In this document: piece after piece, positions 1 through 8,958 of the stretch
How the letters are laid out: every line of letters begins with the position of its first letter
Position numbering within the stretch: the first letter of the stretch is position 1
Virus record (IMG/VR): IMGVR_UViG_3300031772_000024
Span: 3,888-67,887 of that record
Length of the DNA stretch: 64,000 nucleotides
Reading direction: 5' to 3' (one strand)
DNA from: a virus
Notes under the pieces: generated by a model
Databases searched by the model: none
Told to the model about the DNA's origin: nothing
What the model saw: the letters and a program-made list of their open reading frames with translations, nothing else
Program-made: the position numbers and the translations under genes

Positions 1-90
1 AGCCATCTCGGGCACTGTACCTGGAGCCCTCTTCTTCGCGACAGACCCCATCGTCCCCGGAAGAAATAACGACTTCGAGCGGATAAAATA
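1..90 (+). CDS. 3' end of upstream gene (partial)
   Basis: Open frame ...AISGTVPGALFFATDPIVPGRNNDFERIK* ends at TAG 88-90, directly before the next GTG start. Confidence 0.5.
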
Positions 91-745
91 GTGGTCATCG
101 TTTACGTCGCGAGGTGCGTGACCAACAACAAGCTGTACTTTGGGGTAACGGGACGCGGCCTCGCAACTCGAATCAGGCAGCACGTCTACATGGCGAAGAA
201 CCCCCGTACGAGGTTCCATACGGCCCTTCGTAAGTATGGGGTCGATGGTTTTGAGTGGCTCGCGCTGGCGTCCATCACAGACCGCGAAGAAGCGTTTCGC
301 CTAGAATCTCTGTGCATCAGCCATTTTCAAACGATGGATCGCTTGCAGGGTTACAACGACACGAGCGGTGGTGAGGGGTCCATACCCTCGGACACCACTA
401 GGGCGAAGATGAGCGCCGTTCGTCGGGGTAAGCCCACCTGGTCCAAAGGCAAGAAGCTAACGCCCGCGCAGACCGCCGGTAGGTTCGGGAATCGTAACCG
501 CCTTGGAAAACAGCATTCCGAGGAAGCCAAGGAACGCATGCGGTTGGTGCACCTTGGGAAAAAGCATTCCGAAGAGACACTCACCAAGATGAGAGGCAAC
601 ACGAACGCTAAGGGTCGTGGGGCTTCGCGAGCGCTGATGGATCAGGCTGTTGCTCAGCTTTTAGATGTCTGTCGGTGCCGTGGCACGTCAGTTCGGGGTG
701 GCGCGAGCCACAATCCGGCGCTGGCGCACCCAAGTTTCACCATGA
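91..745 (+). mobile_element. GIY-YIG homing endonuclease with NUMOD3 repeats; C-terminal HTH lies out of frame (frameshift near 664)
   Basis: N-terminal VYVARC..NNKLYFGVT, R, E and GYN motifs; NUMOD3-like GKQHSEEAKERM and GKKHSEETLTKM; the +1 frame at 665-745 reads MSVGAVARQFGVARATIRRWR (HTH). The ORF track runs to 807. Confidence 0.8.
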
Positions 746-767
746 AGATGAAGATCGGAGCCCTGAC

Positions 768-1196
768 ATGCCGCGATACACCTTCGAGTGCGATCCCTGC
801 ACGCTGAAGTTCGAACGGACGCTCCCCATCGGAGACCACCCGCTGCACAAGTGCCCAGCATGCGGTGATGACGCCCCGAGGGTCATCGAGGGCTTCGCCT
901 TCGCGTTTTCTGCGGGCGGGGGCGCACCAGGAAACTCCGGCGTTCACGACCACGACTACCCCACGGCGGACAAGGCCGTGGGGCGTAGCACCGATGAGCG
1001 CCGAGCCGTCCTCGAAGAACGGAACAAGGCGAAGGCAGAAGCGCGGAAGAATGGCGGGACGAACGCGCTGATTCGATCCGATGGCCCAGGCTATACGGAG
1101 TACACTCCCATGACCACACAGGGCATCGCGGCGCGTCGAAAGCTCGCGGACCAGATGATCACGACGGCAAGAGCTTCGAAGGGCGGTGGTCGCTAA
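768..1196 (+). CDS. FmdB-family zinc-ribbon protein
   Basis: MPRYTFECDPC...FE...CPACG signature; GGAG SD at 757-760. Confidence 0.8.
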   Translation: MPRYTFECDPCTLKFERTLPIGDHPLHKCPACGDDAPRVIEGFAFAFSAGGGAPGNSGVHDHDYPTADKAVGRSTDERRAVLEERNKAKAEARKNGGTNALIRSDGPGYTEYTPMTTQGIAARRKLADQMITTARASKGGGR

Positions 1197-1347
1197 TCCA
1201 TTGTTTTCGCCGAAAGGGTGGGATGCCCGCCCATTTGGGGCCTCCTGGGATCGTACCCAAACTCGAATTTAGATCGAAGGCATCGGTTGTCCTTCTTTGG
1301 ACGGCCTAGATCGAATCGAACTACCGCCCTTCGATAGGAGACCTGGG

Positions 1348-4300
1348 ATGGCTCTCGGACCGTTCATCAGCTACGTCCCCCCTGGCGTATACACGCGGAC
1401 TCTCGCGGAGACAAACGTCTCGAACGTTGTGGCCGGGCTTCGCCTCCCTGCCCTCATTGGCGTTGGCCAGGAGGAGTTGGAGCAAACGGACCTTGAATTG
1501 GTCCGTGGCTCCAGCACAACGGTCGACCAGCCGATCACGGCCGAAGACATCTCCGAGTCTTGGGTCGTGGACGCTACGAACCCGCAGCACCTCATCCTAG
1601 GAGCCCAGAACGGGGTCCTGGCGGCGTTCCGGGTTCGCAACTTCCCGATCGTCACTGGCGATGGCACCGGACGAACGTCGAACGACACGCGCAGCGTGAC
1701 CGTGACGGTCAACGGGGCGCCTGTAGCCGTGGGTGGCGTTCAAGGGGCTAAGGGCCTCGTGACGCTCCAAATCCCGACGCAGATCACGGACGTGGTCCGG
1801 TGCACGTACTACTTCCACCGAGGCGACACCGGCTTCGTGGATGACGTGTCCGATCAGGTCACGAGCGACACGGCGCTGCTCATCACGCCGGCAGCCGAGA
1901 CCTATGCGGTCGTCCTCGGGAACAGCGACACCTTCAAGATCACGGTCAACGGTGCCACGGCCACGGTCACGTTCGCGCCGAACGCGGCCTCTACGGCGGC
2001 GGCCTTGAAGAGCCAGATCGATGCGGCCCTCATCTCGGGCCTCACGACGACGGTCTTCGTGGACAACAACGGCCTGAACCGCATCCAGTTCACGTCCACA
2101 GTCTCGCTCAAGGTCGAGGACGGCAACGCAAACGGGATCCTCGGCTTCTCCACGGGGACGCAGACGAACCGTAATGCGGTCTTCCGTGTCTACCAGCGCC
2201 CCATCGTGGACGGCACGAGCGGTGGTGTGACGACCACGGACGCCTCGAAGGTCGTCGTCAAGGTGAACAGCCTCCAGGTCATCCCGTCCGCCGTGGACGG
2301 CCTCAACGGCCTGGTGACTCTTCCCACGCCCCCGTCCCCGGGGTCGACAGTCACCGTCGAATACTTCGCCAACACCTGGCAAGACACGTTCGACTACCTG
2401 CCCAACACGAGCGTCACGTCGGTCATCCGTGCGGGCATCTCGCCGCAGCGGAACGACTACATCCAGGGGCAGGACTTCGTCATCTCGAACCCGAGCGCTG
2501 ACGTTTCGATCATCAACTGGGGTACGGGGTACTCGGTCAGCGCCACACGGGCAACGTCGGGCGCAACGCCCTTCGACACCCGTCAGGTGATCCCGACGCT
2601 CATCGACCAGCAGTTCTTCCTCGCGCCGTGCGTCGCGGTGGTGGACACCTCGATCATCCCCGCCTTCACCTCGACGAAGGACTTCCTCCTTCCCGAGATC
2701 CCGACGACGGGCAACGGCAGGAACTCGGTCCTCGGAGCGACGCTCTACAACAGCGTCACCAACGGCCGCACGGACCTCCAGAGCAACCGCCCTGACCTCG
2801 TGAAGGTCTACGCCGGACGCACCCTCCGCGATGCCCTCAACCGCGCGCCCCAAAAGGTCGTCGAGGTCGATGGTCCCGCGCGTAGGATCAAGCTGAAGGA
2901 CGCTCTTCCGCCCGACTGGGTGGTCTACGCGACCTTCTACTACAACAAGATCGCCGATGACAGCTACCTCCTCACCTGCGTCACCCCCGGCGCGGTGGGC
3001 CAGGGGCAGTACACGGTGATCTCGTCCCTCAAGGGCACGAACCTCTACCAGACGCGCTTCGGGGTGACAGCGGGCCTCACGACTTCGGTCCAGTGGCCTC
3101 GTGGCGTCGAGACGATTCCGGACGCGTTCCACACGGGCGGCGGGATCGCCGTTTCGGAGACGGCTACCGTCACCTTCGGGCAGCTTCCGGCGACGAATGC
3201 CGTCTACACGAACAAGGGCGCAGGCCCCTGGTCGTTCTACACGGGATCGTCCGACTGGACCACGAAGCTCAACGGGACGGACATCTCCGCGAACCTGAAC
3301 GCGGCGGCCAAGGGCTACCTCGTCAGCACGGCGGTCACGGTCAACGGGTCGAACCAAGTCACGATCCCGGCCTCGCCGAACAACCAGCTCAACCTCACGA
3401 TCGACGGTACGGACGTGGTCGTGAACCTCACGTCCGGTCTTCGTACCGCGACGCAGATCGTGGCGGACATCAACGCCGCCATCGACGGCACCGTGCCGTT
3501 CGCCCCCGGCCCCAACACCCTGGCGAGCTTCGTCCAGGTTGGTGGCTCGGGCGGCCAGGTCTACTTCATCATCCACAGCTTCTCGACGCCCGCCTCGCTC
3601 CCCGGTGGCTTCGACCACAAGTCGTACGTCCGGGTTCGTCAGGGCACGGTCGAAGTGACGCTCGGCTTCACGACCTTCCAGCGTGCTGACGGTACGCCCA
3701 AGGCTTTGAACAAGCCCGCGACGGCTCTCGGGACGCTCGCCGGCCCGTTCAACATCACGGCGGGCATCAACGACATCATCCAGCTTCGCCTGAACGGCGT
3801 GGACTTCACCGTCACCCTCCCCGCGGGATCCGCGGTGACGGCCGCCTCCGTGGTCTCGACGATCAACGGCGTCACGGGTCTCTCTGGAGTCGCGTCGGCA
3901 GGCACGCTGTCGAACCTCAACAAGATCCGCCTCACGAGCCAGACCAACGACACTCAGAGCCAGGTGCTCATCGGCAACGGGACATCCAACGCCATCCTCG
4001 GGTTTACCCAGGGCCAGCTTGGAACCCAGACGCTGGTCACGGTTCAAGAGGTCGTGGACATCCTCAACTCGACTGGTGGCTTCCTCTCCGCGGGCGTCGC
4101 TTACAAGAGCGCCGTCAACGGCCAGGAGTACATCACGATCGCCTCGCTCACGACGGGCGCGGCCACGTCGAGCGTCGCCTTCACCAGCTCCTCCACCACG
4201 GCGTTCAACATCCTCACGGGGACGAACATCAAGCCGGGGACGGACGGGGACTCCGGTGAGGACACCCGCGACAACTTCACGGTCACCTCCTCGAACGGCC

Positions 4301-5610
4301 TCGGATCGAGCGGGACGGGCATCCCCGGCCAGACGTACACGGACTCGCGCACGGGGCTCCGCTTCACGGTGCTTGCGGCCACGGTCGGGAGCTACGACAA
4401 CGGCGGGAGCTTCACCCTCATCGTCTCGCCGACGTTCAACGTCACGTCCTCGGTGCCTACGTACGCACTGCCCGGCCTCGAACTCATCGTGGCCAACACG
4501 GTCGGCGTCGGGACGAACGATGTCTCGACGGTCCAGACCTTCAACCCCGGTGGAGTGGAGCCTGCCAACGGCGACTTCTACTTCATCTCGTACCGCTTCC
4601 TGAAGCAGGATTTCACGACCCGGATCTACCAACAGCTCAAGACGATCGAAGCCAGCTTCGGTCGTACGTCGGCTGAGAACCGGGTCACGTTGGGCGCGTA
4701 CCTCTCGATCCTGAACGGCGCCATCCTCGTGGCGATCAAGCAGGTTCTGAAAATCCCCAACACGAACCAGGCTTCGGCCGCGAACTTCACGACGGCGATT
4801 GCCGAACTCGCGACGCCGCTCCCCGGCAACGTGCGCCCGGACATCATCGTCCCCCTCGCGACCGACACAGCGGTCTACTCGTTCCTCACGAACCACTGCG
4901 AAGTCCAGTCGAACATCCGTAACCAGTCGGAGCGTATGGGCATGGTTGGGTTCGCCTCGGGAACGACCCCAACCTCCGCGCAGACCATCGCGCGGGGTCT
5001 CGCCTCGAACCGCATCGTGGCCTTCTACCCGGACTCGGCGGTCATCACACTCACCGACGAACTCGGCCAGAACTTCGAGGCCCTCGTGGACGGGTCGTTC
5101 TTCGCCGCCGCCGCTTCCGGTGCCGTGGTCTCCCCCTCCGTGGACGTGGCCACCCCGTACACCCGGCGCCGCATCCAGGGCTTCACCCGGATCCCGCGCT
5201 CGCTCGACCCCGTCGAGGCAAACCAGACGGCCGTCGCGGGCGTCACGCTCCTCGAAGACCTCCAGCCGATCATCCGCATCCGTCAGGGTTTCACGACCAA
5301 GATGGATTCGATCCTCACGAGGCTCCCGACGGTCACCCAGATCGCCGACTTCGTGCAGCAGCAGTCCCGCCTGATCCTCGACTCCTTCGTGGGTACCAAG
5401 TTCCTCGCGAACCGGACCAACGAAGTCGAGGTCTCGATGACCGCGTTGCTGAAGCAGCTCATCCAGGCCGAGGTCATCGGCGCCTTCAACGGCGTCGCAG
5501 CAGAAGTCGATCCAGACGACCCCACGGTCCTCCGGTTCGAGGCATTCTATCAACCCATATTCCCTCTACTCTACCTTGTGCTCACATTCAATCTTCGAGC
5601 GCGGATTTGA
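1348..5610 (+). CDS. Contractile tail sheath protein with large beta-rich insertions
   Basis: N-terminal PPGVYTR; C-terminal LDSFVG...LLKQLIQAEVIGAF...YQPIFPLLYLVLTF typical of sheaths; AGGAG SD at 1336; Thr/Gly/Val-rich composition. Confidence 0.88.
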   Translation: MALGPFISYVPPGVYTRTLAETNVSNVVAGLRLPALIGVGQEELEQTDLELVRGSSTTVDQPITAEDISESWVVDATNPQHLILGAQNGVLAAFRVRNFPIVTGDGTGRTSNDTRSVTVTVNGAPVAVGGVQGAKGLVTLQIPTQITDVVRCTYYFHRGDTGFVDDVSDQVTSDTALLITPAAETYAVVLGNSDTFKITVNGATATVTFAPNAASTAAALKSQIDAALISGLTTTVFVDNNGLNRIQFTSTVSLKVEDGNANGILGFSTGTQTNRNAVFRVYQRPIVDGTSGGVTTTDASKVVVKVNSLQVIPSAVDGLNGLVTLPTPPSPGSTVTVEYFANTWQDTFDYLPNTSVTSVIRAGISPQRNDYIQGQDFVISNPSADVSIINWGTGYSVSATRATSGATPFDTRQVIPTLIDQQFFLAPCVAVVDTSIIPAFTSTKDFLLPEIPTTGNGRNSVLGATLYNSVTNGRTDLQSNRPDLVKVYAGRTLRDALNRAPQKVVEVDGPARRIKLKDALPPDWVVYATFYYNKIADDSYLLTCVTPGAVGQGQYTVISSLKGTNLYQTRFGVTAGLTTSVQWPRGVETIPDAFHTGGGIAVSETATVTFGQLPATNAVYTNKGAGPWSFYTGSSDWTTKLNGTDISANLNAAAKGYLVSTAVTVNGSNQVTIPASPNNQLNLTIDGTDVVVNLTSGLRTATQIVADINAAIDGTVPFAPGPNTLASFVQVGGSGGQVYFIIHSFSTPASLPGGFDHKSYVRVRQGTVEVTLGFTTFQRADGTPKALNKPATALGTLAGPFNITAGINDIIQLRLNGVDFTVTLPAGSAVTAASVVSTINGVTGLSGVASAGTLSNLNKIRLTSQTNDTQSQVLIGNGTSNAILGFTQGQLGTQTLVTVQEVVDILNSTGGFLSAGVAYKSAVNGQEYITIASLTTGAATSSVAFTSSSTTAFNILTGTNIKPGTDGDSGEDTRDNFTVTSSNGLGSSGTGIPGQTYTDSRTGLRFTVLAATVGSYDNGGSFTLIVSPTFNVTSSVPTYALPGLELIVANTVGVGTNDVSTVQTFNPGGVEPANGDFYFISYRFLKQDFTTRIYQQLKTIEASFGRTSAENRVTLGAYLSILNGAILVAIKQVLKIPNTNQASAANFTTAIAELATPLPGNVRPDIIVPLATDTAVYSFLTNHCEVQSNIRNQSERMGMVGFASGTTPTSAQTIARGLASNRIVAFYPDSAVITLTDELGQNFEALVDGSFFAAAASGAVVSPSVDVATPYTRRRIQGFTRIPRSLDPVEANQTAVAGVTLLEDLQPIIRIRQGFTTKMDSILTRLPTVTQIADFVQQQSRLILDSFVGTKFLANRTNEVEVSMTALLKQLIQAEVIGAFNGVAAEVDPDDPTVLRFEAFYQPIFPLLYLVLTFNLRARI

Positions 5611-5648
5611 CCGGCCCAAGATAACGTAGAGCAAAGGGAACATTGGCG

Positions 5649-5692
5649 CGCCTCCAGTTCCGAGCGTAAGCTCAGGGACTGGAGGCGTTTTC
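5649..5692 (+). terminator. Rho-independent terminator after the sheath gene
   Basis: CGCCTCCAGTTCC-GAGC-GTAA-GCTC-A-GGGACTGGAGGCG followed by TTTT. Confidence 0.8.
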
Positions 5693-5755
5693 ATGTCCGA
5701 CGACTTGGCCGAATGCCGCATAGGCGATGTTCGAGTCGTCGGGGAGGAAGTAGTC

Positions 5756-6100
5756 ATGCCCTTCTACGCGCACATCACGCAGGCAGGGACGGGCTGCGAC
5801 TACTCGATCGCTTGCGGGGAGAAGTTCATCGCCATCTACGGCGCCAAGACCCTGGAAGAGGCGAAGGCGAAGATCCTCGATACGGAGGATGGGTATGGGA
5901 GCCGGTACCGCTTGGAGCCGGGCTCTGAGGGGACCATCGGGTCGATCACGATCTACGAGTGCAGTGCGCCCGTCGAGGTCGACCTTGAGGCAGCACGTGC
6001 GGAGCTGAAACGGCAGGACGACGAAGAGGCTGCACGCAAGGTCGAGGAGAAAGAGCGGGTGGACTTCGCGCGCCTCCAGGCGAAGTACGGGAGGGCCTAG
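5756..6100 (+). CDS. Hypothetical protein
   Basis: GGAGG SD before ATG 5756; phage-like codon usage. Confidence 0.65.
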   Translation: MPFYAHITQAGTGCDYSIACGEKFIAIYGAKTLEEAKAKILDTEDGYGSRYRLEPGSEGTIGSITIYECSAPVEVDLEAARAELKRQDDEEAARKVEEKERVDFARLQAKYGRA

Positions 6101-6108
6101 CCGACCTG

Positions 6109-6116
6109 CGGTGTAA
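6109..6116 (+). promoter_or_regulatory. CGGTGTAA putative phage promoter element (first of ~18 copies)
   Basis: 10 nt upstream of ATG 6126; the same motif and spacing recur across the window (see findings). Confidence 0.7.
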
Positions 6117-6125
6117 CGACGCGGG

Positions 6126-6620
6126 ATGGGCCTCGATATCTCAAGCCATGTGGTTCTGGGCGTTCGCGTCGCGAGGCGCGAACTGATTCAACAGACCGTT
6201 CTCCCCTTGCAGTGCGCAAAAGGCCACCCCCGCCCGTCCGCGGAGATGGCCTTTTGCCCGCAGGACGGGACATCCTTCGCAGAACGGACCGTTGAAGGCC
6301 CGACGCCCCCGGTGGCGGCCTACTTGGCTGCCCGGGGCTTTGAGGAGCATGGGGTCGAGGCACTCTACGATGTCTGGCAAGGGAGCGAGTTTGGAGTGCG
6401 CCCGATCAACACGATCCAGCCGGTTCGTGGGCCGGATGTGGAGTACGCGTTCGGGGTCTGCCTTGCCAAGACGCAAAGCCACCGTTCAAACGCGAACCCG
6501 TACACGACGACCCTGACGGGCATTGAAGAGGCAACGGCAAGGGTGCTTGCGGAGGCGGCCTTGCTGGGCCTCGAAGGGCGCCCCGCGGAGCTATTTCTCT
6601 GCGTTTACTTCTCTGCGTGA
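6126..6620 (+). CDS. Hypothetical protein with C-x2-H...C-P-x-D-G metal-binding motif
   Basis: ORF behind a GGTGTA motif; CAKGH...FCPQDG. Confidence 0.65.
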   Translation: MGLDISSHVVLGVRVARRELIQQTVLPLQCAKGHPRPSAEMAFCPQDGTSFAERTVEGPTPPVAAYLAARGFEEHGVEALYDVWQGSEFGVRPINTIQPVRGPDVEYAFGVCLAKTQSHRSNANPYTTTLTGIEEATARVLAEAALLGLEGRPAELFLCVYFSA

Positions 6621-6627
6621 GGATCTC

Positions 6628-6963
6628 GTGTCTGGACCCACGACCCTGAAAGAGCTTGCAACGCAGCATCAAGTGCCTGAGTGCCCGCTGTGCAAGCGCC
6701 CGAACCTACGACCCTCGGATCATCATGTGATCCCTCGATGTCGCGGTGGAGAGGAGACTCTCAGCATCTGTTCGAGCTGTCATGGCGCGATCCATAAGAC
6801 ATTCACGAACAAGGAGCTTGAGAGACAGTACAACACGGTCGAGGCTCTCATGGCGCATGAAGGCTTCGTGAAGATCATCCGTTTCATTGCCAAGCAAGAC
6901 CCCGGGGGGCGGGTGAGGACCGAGCTGGCTCGAAGCCAGCGGCGCCGAGGTAGGAATGGGTGA
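6628..6963 (+). CDS. Small HNH-family protein (YisB-like)
   Basis: CPLC..DHHVIPRCRGG...ICSSCHGAIH..FTNKEL. Confidence 0.8.
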   Translation: MSGPTTLKELATQHQVPECPLCKRPNLRPSDHHVIPRCRGGEETLSICSSCHGAIHKTFTNKELERQYNTVEALMAHEGFVKIIRFIAKQDPGGRVRTELARSQRRRGRNG

Positions 6964-7190
6964 TGGAACGATACGGGCTTTACGATGTGGAATCTGGTTG
7001 CCGTTTGCGTGATGCAACGGCGGACGAGTACCGCCAGTACAAGCAGGCGACGGGTGGGTATTACACGATGAAGTACGGTCTATGCGACGTGCGGCGCGAG
7101 GTGGTACCCCCGCCGATCCCTGATCCTTCCGATGCGATTCCCAGGTTTGTGTGGTTCGATTCGATACCACCGCCAGGGAAGAAGCCATGA
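6963..7190 (+). CDS. Hypothetical protein
   Basis: TGATG coupling to the upstream gene; internal YGLYDV/YGLCDV repeat. Confidence 0.5.
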   Translation: MERYGLYDVESGCRLRDATADEYRQYKQATGGYYTMKYGLCDVRREVVPPPIPDPSDAIPRFVWFDSIPPPGKKP

Positions 7191-7420
7191 TCGACGTTCG
7201 GTTCGTCATCGACCTGGAAGTGCTCTTGACGAAGGCCATGTCCGCGCTGCCGCAGCGCGGCGACTTCATCGTCTTGCACAAAGAGACGACAGAGACGCAG
7301 TACAGAGTGCAGGCCGTCTCTTGGTACTTTGGGCCGGATAGCAAGCTCCGCGGCGGAGGTGACTTCGTTGAGGTAGGGCTGAAGCCCGCGAAGTTAGTAC
7401 GGAAAAAGCGGGTCGCCTAG
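7187..7420 (+). CDS. Hypothetical protein
   Basis: ATGA overlap with the previous stop; LPQRGDFI motif. Confidence 0.55.
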   Translation: MIDVRFVIDLEVLLTKAMSALPQRGDFIVLHKETTETQYRVQAVSWYFGPDSKLRGGGDFVEVGLKPAKLVRKKRVA

Positions 7421-7462
7421 CCGTTATCCACCTTTGCTGGCACTCTGAAAGGAGGCCAGCAA

Positions 7463-7804
7463 ATGAACCAGTCGAGCGCGCTAGCGTTGGTCTCGAAGTA
7501 CCGCAGCGCGATCTGGGATGAGTGGCGGCGCATCCGAGAGAAGACGGCGTCCACGGACCTCGTCGCCGTGCTCAGGGTCGAAGAGGATGACGCGGATGAG
7601 GCGTCGGTCCTCATCATGACGCGCGCGCAGCTCTTGAAACATCTCCACAATGAGATCCCCGACACCATCAAGACGCCGGCGGGGAGCGCCTCCCCCGCGG
7701 TTCCGAATGTATCCGCGCTCTGGGTCTTCGTCCTACGAAAGGGAGAGACGGGGCTTTGCCTTCGGATGACGGAGTCGAAGCTCGTCAAGGGTGGGGAGGC
7801 TTAG
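7463..7804 (+). CDS. Hypothetical protein
   Basis: Strong AAGGAGG SD. Confidence 0.65.
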   Translation: MNQSSALALVSKYRSAIWDEWRRIREKTASTDLVAVLRVEEDDADEASVLIMTRAQLLKHLHNEIPDTIKTPAGSASPAVPNVSALWVFVLRKGETGLCLRMTESKLVKGGEA

Positions 7805-8468
7805 TCGGCTTCGCGGCGACTACAGGCGCCGTGGAGTGTGCCCGGTGCTCGTTCCAGTTGTCCGTGTAGGACTTGGCCATATCGCGCTGGTCTCGGATGA
7901 AGAGGCAGTTCTCGGCGTTGGACTTCTCGGCGGCGTTGGTGAAGTTGAACGACCCTGTCTCGACGCTGGCCCCGTCCACGATGATGACCTTGTCGTGGGC
8001 GATGGCGTGCTTGCTATCGATGAAGGTCGAGACGTCCCCGTCTTGCAACGTCTTCAACTGAGAGGACCTCGCGGTGACGTTGCTCTTGTCGAGAAGGACC
8101 ACCACGTCCACGCCTCGCTCGCGGGCCTTCACCAAGGCACCGGCGATGGGCACGGACGTGAAGCTGTAGGCCTGGACCCGGACGCTCTTCTTCGCTGACC
8201 CGATGAAATCCTCGACACCCTCGGTGCAGTCGCCTTTGGGGGAGAACCGCACGTCCATCACGGGGGCGGGGGCGCAGAGGGTCTCGGGGCCTTTGGCCGC
8301 AACCTTGTTGCGTAGCTCGGGATCCGGCTTCATCTGCGGGCGGGGTGGGGACGGGTCTTCGGGGGGCGCCTCCATCTTAGGCTTCGCAGCCATGGGGGCT
8401 GGGTGCGAAGGGGGGCTTCCACATGCCGTGACGAGCAGGAGAGCGACCGCGAGGATTCGATGGTTCAT
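7785..8468 (-). CDS. Phospholipase D/Nuc-family protein with lipoprotein signal peptide
   Basis: Single HxKxxxxD (HDKVIIVD), GSFNFT and NAEN motifs, FSPKG; N-terminal LLVTAC lipobox followed by a Pro-rich linker. Confidence 0.88.
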   Translation of the reverse strand: MNHRILAVALLLVTACGSPPSHPAPMAAKPKMEAPPEDPSPPRPQMKPDPELRNKVAAKGPETLCAPAPVMDVRFSPKGDCTEGVEDFIGSAKKSVRVQAYSFTSVPIAGALVKARERGVDVVVLLDKSNVTARSSQLKTLQDGDVSTFIDSKHAIAHDKVIIVDGASVETGSFNFTNAAEKSNAENCLFIRDQRDMAKSYTDNWNEHRAHSTAPVVAAKPTKPPHP

Positions 8469-8586
8469 TTTCCACCTTCAGTCGTTCACAAGTAGCTTGA
8501 CGAAAGTCAGATTCCACATTCTATACTGCTAATTGACCGCGCGCGAGGTGGATGGCCTCGACCAACAGGTCTCGGAGGAGCCATCC

Positions 8587-8922
8587 ATGAAGAACATCTC
8601 GATCAAGCGTTGCGAGGGTGAAGAGGTCAAGGCCTACCAGGGGTACATCGAGCCCGAGGATGGCCGATGGCGTCTGTTCCTCGACCACGAGGGGTTCCCG
8701 CACCTGCTCGTCCAGGTCACCATCGAGGGCGAGAAGCCTGAAGACCCCCTGATCAAAGGCATGTTCAACATCGAAGGCGTGATGCAGAAGGGCACGACTA
8801 TCAAAGACGTGATGCTCTCGACGTTCGGTGGGCACGTCGATCCCGAAACGCTCGACGAGGACGATTTCAAGGATCCCGCCTTCGACTTCGGGCCTGGGCC
8901 GCACGACTTCGGCGGCGTTTAG
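8587..8922 (+). CDS. Hypothetical acidic protein
   Basis: GGAGGAG SD. Confidence 0.65.
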   Translation: MKNISIKRCEGEEVKAYQGYIEPEDGRWRLFLDHEGFPHLLVQVTIEGEKPEDPLIKGMFNIEGVMQKGTTIKDVMLSTFGGHVDPETLDEDDFKDPAFDFGPGPHDFGGV

Positions 8923-8958
8923 TCACCTATCAGGGAGCGCTGGGAGGAGGCGTTCCCT

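Noticed and set aside
658-664. CTTTTAG as a programmed +1 frameshift site
   Set aside because: The +1 frame has a stop (TAG 662-664) immediately after the site, so a shift there would terminate translation.
1597-5553. 1318-aa minus-strand ORF, and similar long antisense ORFs at 18784, 20414, 28000 and 48798
   Set aside because: These are shadows of strongly GC3-biased sense genes. Their R/G/D/V-rich translations have no motifs and no RBS.
8497-8527. TTGACG...TATACT sigma70 promoter
   Set aside because: The 19-nt spacer is atypical and TTCTAT here also fits the late motif, so it cannot be assigned.
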